Source of the DNA: a virus
Taxonomy: Duplodnaviria > Caudoviricetes
Strand: one strand, 5' to 3'
DNA length: 54,783 nucleotides
Virus record (IMG/VR): IMGVR_UViG_3300025086_000031
Location: 1 to 54,783 of that record
The first letter of the stretch is position 1, and the number at the start of each line of letters is the position of its first letter. Below, piece by piece: positions 1-8,521 of the stretch. The notes below the pieces were generated by a model. It did no database searches, was not told the origin of the DNA, and saw only the letters and a program-made list of their open reading frames with translations. The translations under genes were made by a program, and so were the position numbers.

Positions 1-93
1 AGTTAAGCTTTTGTTGATAGTGTTAATTGTGTCGCTTACACTTGTGTCAAGGTTAGCTTGTTCCATTTCAAATTGTTCTATTAAGTCGTTCAT
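1..93 (-). CDS. hypothetical protein, 5' part only (runs off window start)
   Basis: ATG at 93 after an A-rich leader; frame open to window edge (MNDLIEQFEMEQANLDTSVSDTINTINKSLT). Confidence 0.6.
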   Translation of the reverse strand, partial: MNDLIEQFEMEQANLDTSVSDTINTINKSLT

Positions 94-123
94 AGTTGTA
101 TAGTTTTAGTTATTACTCCTTAG

Positions 124-414
124 TTAAATTTTCTCTATTACGTGACTAACTAATCCCTCTAATGCTCTCGCATTCTCTGAGTCAGCTAATCTTATAGCTT
201 TCATTATATCTCCCCTCTGACAAGCCGACATAAAACTTCCCTGTCCACAAGCGATATGTTTGATTGTTTGTAAGTCATTTGACTCGAGCATCATACGTGC
301 TTGACTTGAGCAAGAAATGTTAGAGCTCTTTAGAGCTATTGTCTCGAGTAAATATACTGCCGTTTCGTTAAAGTATTCTCTGGCTACCTCTGTTGTCTTG
401 ATTGAATTTTTCAT
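124..414 (-). CDS. hypothetical protein (probably early)
   Basis: ORF track 124..498; start moved to ATG 414 (MKNSIK) because a promoter lies at 445-477 and 414 has an A-rich leader. Confidence 0.7.
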   Translation of the reverse strand: MKNSIKTTEVAREYFNETAVYLLETIALKSSNISCSSQARMMLESNDLQTIKHIACGQGSFMSACQRGDIMKAIRLADSENARALEGLVSHVIEKI

Positions 415-444
415 AGTTATAGTTTTTAATTGTTTCGTATGGTA

Positions 445-477
445 CAAATGTAATGTAAAAAACAAATAACTTCCAAA
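445..477 (-). promoter_or_regulatory. Bacteroidota sigma70-type promoter (leftward)
   Basis: minus strand TTTG (477-474), 21 nt, then TACATTTG (452-445); matches TTTG-N19-21-TAnnTTTG. Confidence 0.75.
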
Positions 478-521
478 TAAAATGTAAAATAATTTCACTT
501 AACAGAGGGAAAAAAAATGAA

Positions 522-540
522 ATTTAGAATGATTCTAAAT
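522..540. promoter_or_regulatory. perfect 9-1-9 palindromic operator
   Basis: ATTTAGAAT-G-ATTCTAAAT; degenerate second copy at 761-779. Confidence 0.55.
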
Positions 541-570
541 AATAAACCTGTATTACAAGCTACTAATGGA

Positions 571-634
571 ATACGTGCGATATGCGTGCGTGATGTGCGT
601 GTGTGGTGTGCGTGTATGTGCGTGTGCATACGCA
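571..634. repeat. alternating purine-pyrimidine (GTGCGT-like) low-complexity tract
   Basis: repeated TGCGTG units; 29 nt of uninterrupted RY alternation at 606-634. Confidence 0.8.
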
Positions 635-760
635 GTCTTAGACTTGAGGAAACATAGCTTAAATTTGATTTCAGTGTGTTAGGTGGATTACGGATTAATT
701 TTGTAAGGGAGTTAGCCCCTTGCTCTACGCATCACACGAAACATAGTCAACCCCAAACTG

Positions 761-779
761 ATCTGGACTAATTCTAAAT
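761..779. promoter_or_regulatory. degenerate copy of the 9-1-9 operator
   Basis: ATCTGGACT-A-ATTCTAAAT; right arm identical to 532-540, left arm 6/9. Confidence 0.4.
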
Positions 780-1016
780 AACAGAGAGAAAAGACTTCGG
801 GTATGTGGTAGTATGTATGTAATTATTCTGAGGGTAGGTAGAGGGGGATATTATATGTATAAATTTAGATAATAGATAGCAAAAATCGATGTTTCAAATC
901 CTACTTGTATAGATATATCTACCCACCCCCCAAAAAAATATCGGTTTCGGTATCAGTTGCGTACTCGTTACATTATATTATTATCCCAAACCTATACTTA
1001 TCTCACATTTTTTTTA

Positions 1017-1024
1017 TATATTTG
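1017..1024 (+). promoter_or_regulatory. -7 promoter element TATATTTG
   Basis: exact TAnnTTTG, 4 nt upstream of ATG 1029. Confidence 0.65.
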
Positions 1025-1028
1025 CCCT

Positions 1029-1301
1029 ATGCCAAGAAATTACAAAGACGAATACAATAAGTTTCATAAGAACGATAAGGCTAAAAAAAAGCGTGCTACA
1101 CTCAATAAAATACGTAGAGATAAAAACATATACGGTAAGGGTGGTAAGGACGTTTCTCATATGGCTGATGGATCCATTATTATGGAAGACCCTTCTAAGA
1201 ATAGGGGTAATAAGACTAGGACTGCTGGTGATCGTAAAGCTAGGGGTGGAAAAACATTTAAAGCTAAAAAAGGATACAAGCTTAATAAACGTAAAAGGTA
1301 A
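1029..1301 (+). CDS. small basic protein, degenerate HNH-like phage family
   Basis: RNYKxEY...KKRA...GKDVSH...E.PS.NR pattern; start moved from 957 to ATG 1029. Confidence 0.6.
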   Translation: MPRNYKDEYNKFHKNDKAKKKRATLNKIRRDKNIYGKGGKDVSHMADGSIIMEDPSKNRGNKTRTAGDRKARGGKTFKAKKGYKLNKRKR

Positions 1302-1684
1302 TGTGCATAAAAGCTAAGAAAACTAAACAACTAGGGATGAATCCCAGCACCGCATCAAACAGACTAAAAAAACTATTATTATTCAGCTTCGCTAAGAAAT
1401 TAAAAGTTAACTGGTGTTATCAGTGTGGATCAGAAATAACAAGGGCTAGTAAGATGACTGTAGAGCATAAAACGCCTTGGTTAGATTCAGCAGACCCTGC
1501 TGGTAATTTCTTTGACTTAGATAATATAGCTTTTTCACATGCTTCTTGTAATTACGCTGCTGCCAGATCAAAAGAGGGGGCTCCATGTCCGTCAACTACA
1601 GCGTATAGAAAAGGTTGTAGATGTGATGGATGTAAGAAGTCCAGAGTTGAATATCGAAAGAATAGATCTAAGGTTAGAAATTAA
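1301..1684 (+). CDS. HNH endonuclease with Zn-binding motifs
   Basis: CYQC...VEHKTPW...DNIAFSHASCN plus C-terminal CRCDGC. Confidence 0.75.
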   Translation: MCIKAKKTKQLGMNPSTASNRLKKLLLFSFAKKLKVNWCYQCGSEITRASKMTVEHKTPWLDSADPAGNFFDLDNIAFSHASCNYAAARSKEGAPCPSTTAYRKGCRCDGCKKSRVEYRKNRSKVRN

Positions 1685-2154
1685 CAAGGCCCCGCCCCCA
1701 TTTCTATAGACATTCCATCACCCATATCCTCCATAGACATAGGTTCATCCTCCATACCCATAGCTTTTAAAACGTGGCCAGGCATAAAGTCGAATAAATT
1801 AATCATAGCTTCATCACCCAATCTACCAGCAAAAGATCCTAAGTGAAACATAACGCTATTACCTTTGTCGATCATTCCTTTTATTAAACTAGGAGTGGCT
1901 CCAGATTCTAACGCCTCTATTTCCATCCCTAAGTATTCATCTACTAACATAGCTAGATTAATTAGATCATCAGCTTCTTGATCTCTATGTCCTTGTTTTA
2001 CCATAGCAGAAAAAGATTCCTTAGCTCCTGGACATATATGAAAGTTTTGAGTTTGATAACCCATGACATCCATCTCTCCATTTTCATCGTGACTAGACAT
2101 TTCTTTGGAGTGAGAGCTCATAGGCTCTATTATAATCATCATTGTTTCATTCAT
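1681..2154 (-). CDS. hypothetical protein
   Basis: 157-aa ORF, acidic and Met-rich, in operon with the upstream minus-strand genes. Confidence 0.7.
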   Translation of the reverse strand: MNETMMIIIEPMSSHSKEMSSHDENGEMDVMGYQTQNFHICPGAKESFSAMVKQGHRDQEADDLINLAMLVDEYLGMEIEALESGATPSLIKGMIDKGNSVMFHLGSFAGRLGDEAMINLFDFMPGHVLKAMGMEDEPMSMEDMGDGMSIEMGAGPC

Positions 2155-2173
2155 AACTAAATAGTTTTATTTA

Positions 2174-4864
2174 TTAATCCATTGGTGGACCTTCTGGACC
2201 GTCACCAGAACCCGAAGGTGGTGTTCCTCCCCCTGTTGGTGGTGGTGCTGCAGGTGGTTGCATCATTCCCTTTAGTATAGCTAATTCTGTTTTACACTCT
2301 TCTAGCTCTTGATTTAGTTTTTCTAACACAGATCTATTTGCTGGATCGTTTGGATCTAGTTCAGCTATTTTATTTTCTAGTGCCATTATTTTAGCTCCTA
2401 AATAAATCTCTCCATCCTTAACCTCACCAGTTCTTCTGGTTGGGTCATGAATCTGAGCTATATTAAATCCTCCGCTAACACCAGATCCTCCACCTCCTGG
2501 TGAGAAATGGCTAGCAACATTACTAAAACCCCCCTCATTCATGAATTTCATTCTGTTCATATCAAAGTCTTTACTAAACCCACCGTTTCTGTATGTAGGA
2601 GTTTGTCCTTCTGACATCATCATTTGTTGATGCTCTATACTTGGACCTCCGAAAAACCCAAATCCAGAACCAAAACCTCCTTCAGTTGTTTGAGTTGTTT
2701 CAGCTGCTTCAGCTGTTTCAGATTCTTCTTCCTGTTTTTTCTCTTCCTTTTGTTTTTTCTCTCTATCTGTATCGTCAACCTCATCCTCACCATAATATCT
2801 GTCTCTCATTTTTTGAATCGAATCCTTCACAGAAACCCTTTCCTCTTCTTCTCTGTCTTTACCAGAGCCAAATTGATTGTAATTTAAATTTCTAGGACCA
2901 ACAAAGTCTCTTCTATTTACATCAGTATCTCCATCTGCACCAGAAGTTTGAACTAGATTAGCATTTGCATCGGTATTATTAGCAGCAGGTTGCTGTACAC
3001 TTATTAAGTCTTTCATTAATCTATCGTGAGCATCAGCACCAAACTCGCTTTTTATAATACCAGCATCTCTCCTTAGGTCACCCTCATTATATGCCTCACC
3101 AGTTTTTATATGTGTTCCGTTTTTGACAGATGTTAAAATAGCGTTTATAGATTGTGTCTCCCGTCTTGAAGGACCTTTTGTGCCTGTACCTCCTGTCTCA
3201 CCACCTGTTGCACCACCTGTTGTATCATCACCTTTAAATACTTCTGTAATGTCATCATCAAAACTACCTACTTCATCCGTGAAAGTTAATGGGCCACCTG
3301 TTGGAGTTGGAAGTTCACCAGTCGTTTTGCCTGAAGGAATTAATCCTATTTCTTTTTTAGGTAATGCCTCTGTGCCCTGCATACGAGCATCCTTCCATCC
3401 AGACTGATCTACATATTGATTAGCAAGGAATAGTCTATGATCGGCCTCTTGCTCTGGGGTAAGGTAGTCGTTAGTCCAGTTGGAATAAAATTTATCTTCT
3501 TTTTTATCATACTTTACAGTACCCTGTCGCATATCACGTGGAAGGTGATCAAATGTTTCAGCAAATACAGGTCTATCACCAAATATCCTTTTGTCTTGTC
3601 CATCGGCTAGCATTTGAATAATTTCATTTTTAGTGTTTCCACCAGATCCATCTTCACCCGCACCTTGGCTATATAGATATTGAATATGTTTCCATTCATT
3701 ACTTGGTTGAGGGGTCCAATATTCGTCATCTAAAGACTCGTCCCCAAAAGAAGCTCTATAGTTTTCCTCAAAATCCATAGGGGCACCAATAAATTTACTC
3801 ATACCTTTACGTTCCAGATCTCCCACCTTACCTTCTCTTGATTGGAATGATGGATAATATCCATTTTCTGGTTGATATTTATTAAAATGATCTGGATGCA
3901 TCTTAGCTAAAGCATCTTTTACCAGGGGAGCACTTAATTGTTGATCTAAAAGATCTCCGAATTGACTACCATCAATACCTCTAAATACTTCTTCTATGTT
4001 GTGTCCAGAGTCTTTGAAATATGGAGCGAGTATATTGTAATATTCCTCCATGGCTTTAAAGTGGTTTCTACGAATGCTCTTTTGCCTGCCGCCTGCAACC
4101 CAATCTTCATAAGCTTTTAACTCACGTTTATAATTCCGATTTTCAGGGTCTATCTTTTTTAAATATTTACTATCATCACCCTTTTTTGTTCCTGTTAAAC
4201 CTAACTCTTTTAAATGAGCAGCATTATCATTTATACTACCACTTCTAGGGACTGGTCTGTATTTCACCGATTTTAGATCTGCTACAACGTCAGGAGGTAA
4301 GCTCAAAATCATCTCAGTTATACTAAAAGGATGTTCGTTAGTAGCTTCACCCTGTGGTAAATCACGTGATCTTTTTTGAGTATAATCAAGCTCTTCATAA
4401 CCAGTTCCTAACCATCCATCACCCCACTGCTTATCTCTACCAGACGCTGACGAAATTTGTTGTTTATTTCCTGGGGTTCTTCTTTTATCATTTTGATCAA
4501 AATCAAAAAATTGACCATAAAATTTTCTTGCCTCGTTATCACTTGACTTCCATAATTTCTTTTTACCACTTGGAAGAGAGAAGTTAAAACCAGGGAAATT
4601 TGTGTCCTGATCTATATGTAGTGCGTGAGTTCCTGTAAAACCAGAGCTTTCACCCTCACCTCCGCCAGAACCAGAACTTTTACCAGATCCTTTACCAGAT
4701 CCTTTACCAGAGCCAGAACTAAAATCTAAACTTATATCACTAACAGTATCAACTATATTGTCCACTACCATTTCTGCCCATTCGCCAACACTTGCAATTC
4801 CTTCTTGTGCTTTAGGAGTGTTTCTGTTTAGTTTGTATCTTTTTTTCTTATTCATGTAAGCCAT
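2174..4864 (-). CDS. large low-complexity protein, possible virion-internal/cargo protein
   Basis: 896-aa ORF; Gly/Ser, acidic and Pro-rich tracts; C-terminal coiled coil; AQEG/YRNGG/MNEGG motifs. Confidence 0.75.
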   Translation of the reverse strand: MAYMNKKKRYKLNRNTPKAQEGIASVGEWAEMVVDNIVDTVSDISLDFSSGSGKGSGKGSGKSSGSGGGEGESSGFTGTHALHIDQDTNFPGFNFSLPSGKKKLWKSSDNEARKFYGQFFDFDQNDKRRTPGNKQQISSASGRDKQWGDGWLGTGYEELDYTQKRSRDLPQGEATNEHPFSITEMILSLPPDVVADLKSVKYRPVPRSGSINDNAAHLKELGLTGTKKGDDSKYLKKIDPENRNYKRELKAYEDWVAGGRQKSIRRNHFKAMEEYYNILAPYFKDSGHNIEEVFRGIDGSQFGDLLDQQLSAPLVKDALAKMHPDHFNKYQPENGYYPSFQSREGKVGDLERKGMSKFIGAPMDFEENYRASFGDESLDDEYWTPQPSNEWKHIQYLYSQGAGEDGSGGNTKNEIIQMLADGQDKRIFGDRPVFAETFDHLPRDMRQGTVKYDKKEDKFYSNWTNDYLTPEQEADHRLFLANQYVDQSGWKDARMQGTEALPKKEIGLIPSGKTTGELPTPTGGPLTFTDEVGSFDDDITEVFKGDDTTGGATGGETGGTGTKGPSRRETQSINAILTSVKNGTHIKTGEAYNEGDLRRDAGIIKSEFGADAHDRLMKDLISVQQPAANNTDANANLVQTSGADGDTDVNRRDFVGPRNLNYNQFGSGKDREEEERVSVKDSIQKMRDRYYGEDEVDDTDREKKQKEEKKQEEESETAEAAETTQTTEGGFGSGFGFFGGPSIEHQQMMMSEGQTPTYRNGGFSKDFDMNRMKFMNEGGFSNVASHFSPGGGGSGVSGGFNIAQIHDPTRRTGEVKDGEIYLGAKIMALENKIAELDPNDPANRSVLEKLNQELEECKTELAILKGMMQPPAAPPPTGGGTPPSGSGDGPEGPPMD
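4679..4714. repeat. 3 x 12-bp tandem repeat encoding GSGK units
   Basis: TTTACCAGATCC x2 plus TTTACCAGAGCC. Confidence 0.85.
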
Positions 4865-5177
4865 AATTGTATTCTTTTAGTAGCCTGTAAAATTTAGTAA
4901 CTAATATTTTTCCTTTTTGTGATATCATATATCTTCTAGCTCTATTATGTGCTTTTTCTAGATATATAGTCACATATCCTTTATTTAACAGCTCTGGAAG
5001 GTTCCTTGTTATAAAACTATTTGAACATCTATAATGTTTAGCTATAGTTAAACCTGTAAAGTAGTTAGAGTCGTAAATAAAAAATAAAAACTCAATATCA
5101 CTTACTTTTAGGTTGTACTTATCTCTAAAATCAAACAAAACATTTCTATAATGTTTAAGATAATTCTCCCTATCCAA
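4848..5177 (-). CDS. MarR-like winged-helix DNA-binding protein
   Basis: 109 aa, TTG start; LPELLNKGYV...RARRYMISQKGK wing motif. Confidence 0.65.
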   Translation of the reverse strand: MDRENYLKHYRNVLFDFRDKYNLKVSDIEFLFFIYDSNYFTGLTIAKHYRCSNSFITRNLPELLNKGYVTIYLEKAHNRARRYMISQKGKILVTKFYRLLKEYNYGLHE

Positions 5178-5202
5178 AGTATTAAATTTAATTAAACTAA
5201 AG

Positions 5203-5249
5203 CAAATATACTAAATATTTCTTATATTTGGAATTAATTACTATATTTG
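5203..5249. promoter_or_regulatory. divergent promoter region
   Basis: TATATTTG on minus strand (5210-5203) and twice on plus strand (5223-5230, 5242-5249), between divergent operons. Confidence 0.7.
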
Positions 5250-5275
5250 TACGGAACAATTTAAAATAGAATAAA

Positions 5276-5641
5276 ATGGCATTATCAGGAACAAAAGCAC
5301 AGGAAGCTACTCTAGGACAATACGGATCAATATTCGTTAACGACACAGACCTAGTAACTCCACCTTCTGACAAAATTATATGTGCTATAACATTTATGGC
5401 AGATACAACTGTAAATACTTTGACTTGTGAGAATACTGATTCAGGATCTAGAATATATCCAAACACAGCTAACCATGCTCACGCAGCGGGAACAGGAGAT
5501 GAAGGAACAGGAGGAGAAGATATTTTAGTTGGAACAATATTCCCTAAAGGTCTTACAATATACGGAAGATGGACGACTTTTAAAATGCAGGCTGCTGATG
5601 CTGATGGAGGAGTAATATGTTACCTGGCACCAAAACATTAA
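5276..5641 (+). CDS. small virion structural protein (putative)
   Basis: 121 aa, beta-rich, FPKGLTIYGRW motif; first gene of the fibre cluster. Confidence 0.6.
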   Translation: MALSGTKAQEATLGQYGSIFVNDTDLVTPPSDKIICAITFMADTTVNTLTCENTDSGSRIYPNTANHAHAAGTGDEGTGGEDILVGTIFPKGLTIYGRWTTFKMQAADADGGVICYLAPKH

Positions 5642-5644
5642 GAT

Positions 5645-5995
5645 ATGGCGTTAGGGTTAGGAGCTTCATTAGTATGTGGTGATTTAGTAGGAGCAGGATC
5701 TTCTTCCGCAGCGGTAGTCGTAGAGGATTACATGTGGGAGGCTACTACCTCAACTGGATCTGGATCTACATATAACGCAGTAACACCTATACCAACCCTG
5801 TATGACTTTAATGATACTTGGGATTTAGATACAGCTACTGGATTAATAAATGACATGTATGATTATATGCCTGCCGATCCTGATGATGAATTAGAATTAA
5901 CATATGATGAGGGATATTGGAATGTGGATGCTAGTGGTGATGTTCAACCAATAGATGATACAGTATTCCCGAACCCTTATAATAGTGAAGGTTAA
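5645..5995 (+). CDS. small tail-associated protein (putative)
   Basis: MALGLG N-terminus typical of phage fibre proteins; very acidic, repeated W-D/N motifs. Confidence 0.55.
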   Translation: MALGLGASLVCGDLVGAGSSSAAVVVEDYMWEATTSTGSGSTYNAVTPIPTLYDFNDTWDLDTATGLINDMYDYMPADPDDELELTYDEGYWNVDASGDVQPIDDTVFPNPYNSEG

Positions 5996-6024
5996 ATATA
6001 AATAATATATAAAAAAGAAATAAT

Positions 6025-8199
6025 ATGGCAACACCAAATATAGTCCCTAGAGCTGACAGGGAGGGAGGTCTAGGAACTTCAGCAAAAGCTTGGGGCAAAC
6101 TATTTATCGAACAGGGTGCATCAGGAGGGACACCTGCTGCTAGCATTACAAACCTTGATGCAGATGAAGTAGCGTTAGATATAAACGCTTCTAATACAAC
6201 AGCTAATATTTTAGATATATTCTCTACAACTCTAACAGAGGCGGCTGGACTTCAGGTTTATTATGCGGGAGGTGCAAAAAGTATGGGTAATGGTAGGGGT
6301 GTTATTAATTTAGATGTGGTTGACTCTGGAGCAACAAATGAAATTCATAGTTCAACTATAGATTACAATAGAACAACTAACACCACTGGTTCAAAAACAA
6401 CTAGAGCTAGTTATATTGATATATCAGATACAGCAAGTGGCAATACTGGAACTCTATCTCATACTGGTCAATATATTAATATTTCAACTATTAACAACGG
6501 TGGAGCAAACGACAATAGCGATATCACTCAAATGGGTATTGTTAATAAAATTGCCTTAGGTACAGTAGCTAACAATGTAGGTTTATATCAAAATATAGCA
6601 GATGGAGGTATGGATGTTAAATTCGTTAGTTCTGCTGATACTGGAGATTACTTTAGTATAGCTACAGGTGCTGCTGGAGCAACAACAATAACTACAGTAG
6701 ACGATGACGCAACTGCTGCAAACTTAACATTTACCATAGATGGTGCTATAAATTTCAATGCTGCTGCTGGAACTGTATTTAATGAAGATAGTGCAGATGT
6801 AGATTTTAGAATAGAGTCTAATGACGAAACACATATGTTCTTCCTTGATGGAGGAAATAACAGAGTAAGTATTGGTAACTCTGCAGATGCTCCAGAAGCA
6901 ACTCTCGAAGTTTCTAATCATGCTAGTGCGGGAGCTACTGGGGTTCCTTTGATGGCACTTATCAATAGTGATGTTGATCAAATAGCTTTACAAATAAAGA
7001 CAGAAAACACAACAGCCAATATTATAGATATAGATGCTGAATCTCTAACTACGGGGTCAGCTATTTATATAGATGCAAATGAGTATGAAAATGGTAGTGG
7101 TATAATTCATGTTGATTTTGATGATGCTCAAACTACTACTCTAAATAGGGGTAAACAGGGTATAATACATGTTGATTATGTTAAGGATGTAGCTACAGCA
7201 TCAGGTCAAACTATGAATATTATAGGTATTACTTCTATTATGGACGATAATGCCACCAATGTGGGTACTCACACTATGACAGCGTTTTATGGTTCATGTG
7301 ACTACGCAAGCACTGGTGGAGCTGTTGAAGGTATAGGAATGGAGCTAGTTGTTACGGATGCAGATGTCAATACAGGTATTAAAATGGAAGTAGAAGATGG
7401 GATTAGTAATTACGATCTGAAAATGCTTAGTTCTGCTAACGCAGGTGATTACGCTTACATACAGGTAGGGGCTGAAGGGGCTACTACTATAGGAACGTTT
7501 GATGTTGACACAGCAGTAGCACATTTAAAATTCCTTGTTGACGGAGATATTTTGATGGATAGCATTACTGGTATAACCAAATTTTATAAAAACCCTAATG
7601 TGGCTGACTTTTTACAATTAACTATAGGTACTAATGGTGATGCTAAGTTTGTAACTACAGATGCTGCTGGAAATGATGCTCACATTGAACTTGAAGCTGA
7701 TGGTAATATTGTATTAGATGCTGCTGGAAGTATAACTTTTGAACGGGGTGGTAATAGTGCTTCTATGCCTGAATCAAATGGTAAGGTTGTGGTTCAAACA
7801 ACTGAACTGAAGGTTATGCCTCACCATTTTGTGGGAAATGGAGACTCTGGAAGATCAGTTTTTGTTGCGGATCAACAAACTAATAAATTAGGTATTCACC
7901 AATTTGACACATCTGACGAGCTATATGCTCACGTTGAGATACCTTTTGGACATACAGTAACAGAAGTTCATGTCTATTGTAGTGATACTATTACTAACGG
8001 TGTAACTGTTGGGGCTTATAATTATCAAACTGGAGCGGATAACGCTGTAACAACAACAACTGGAAATACAAACGCAGATATAGCTTTAAGTAGTAATACT
8101 ATAGCTGGTGGTGGTACTCAGGATTTATGGATAAAAGTAGAATTAGGAGCTGCAGATAAGTATTTATGGGGAGCAAAAGTAACTCTAGCGGTAACTTAA
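6025..8199 (+). CDS. tail fibre/spike protein
   Basis: 724 aa, rich in G/A/T/D/N; internal repeats; VFNEDSADVDFRIES fibre motif. Confidence 0.75.
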   Translation: MATPNIVPRADREGGLGTSAKAWGKLFIEQGASGGTPAASITNLDADEVALDINASNTTANILDIFSTTLTEAAGLQVYYAGGAKSMGNGRGVINLDVVDSGATNEIHSSTIDYNRTTNTTGSKTTRASYIDISDTASGNTGTLSHTGQYINISTINNGGANDNSDITQMGIVNKIALGTVANNVGLYQNIADGGMDVKFVSSADTGDYFSIATGAAGATTITTVDDDATAANLTFTIDGAINFNAAAGTVFNEDSADVDFRIESNDETHMFFLDGGNNRVSIGNSADAPEATLEVSNHASAGATGVPLMALINSDVDQIALQIKTENTTANIIDIDAESLTTGSAIYIDANEYENGSGIIHVDFDDAQTTTLNRGKQGIIHVDYVKDVATASGQTMNIIGITSIMDDNATNVGTHTMTAFYGSCDYASTGGAVEGIGMELVVTDADVNTGIKMEVEDGISNYDLKMLSSANAGDYAYIQVGAEGATTIGTFDVDTAVAHLKFLVDGDILMDSITGITKFYKNPNVADFLQLTIGTNGDAKFVTTDAAGNDAHIELEADGNIVLDAAGSITFERGGNSASMPESNGKVVVQTTELKVMPHHFVGNGDSGRSVFVADQQTNKLGIHQFDTSDELYAHVEIPFGHTVTEVHVYCSDTITNGVTVGAYNYQTGADNAVTTTTGNTNADIALSSNTIAGGGTQDLWIKVELGAADKYLWGAKVTLAVT

Positions 8200-8220
8200 T
8201 AATAAATAACAAATAATAAT

Positions 8221-8520
8221 ATGGCTTTAGCATCAAAAAAATCAGCAGAGATACATGATAAAACAGGAGGTGATTTAACATCAATGACAAATGCGTATAA
8301 TGCTGATAAGCATCACAATTTGATAAATTTTCCTAGTGAAGCGGCCTTGTTGCATCAAATAGAATTAATGCAGGAAGATATAGATGAATTAAGAAGATAT
8401 ATAGTGAGTGCTGAATTGTTATTACCAGACACAATGGGGGACTCAATACCCACATCAGATCCAGGGGTAGCGGGTCGAATATGGAATAGTAGTGGAATTT
8501 TAAAAGTAAGTAGAGGATAA
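8221..8520 (+). CDS. small tail-associated protein
   Basis: coiled coil plus C-terminal PTSDPGVAGRIWNSSGILKVS fibre-type motif. Confidence 0.6.
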   Translation: MALASKKSAEIHDKTGGDLTSMTNAYNADKHHNLINFPSEAALLHQIELMQEDIDELRRYIVSAELLLPDTMGDSIPTSDPGVAGRIWNSSGILKVSRG

Positions 8521-8521
8521 T

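Noticed and set aside
571-634. Short repeats as a CRISPR array
   Set aside because: No constant 25-45 bp repeat with unique spacers; it is simple low-complexity sequence.
957-1028. Upstream extensions of ORFs in the track (957, 498, 12180 starts)
   Set aside because: Each extension runs across a TAnnTTTG promoter element; the downstream ATGs (1029, 414, 12204) fit better.
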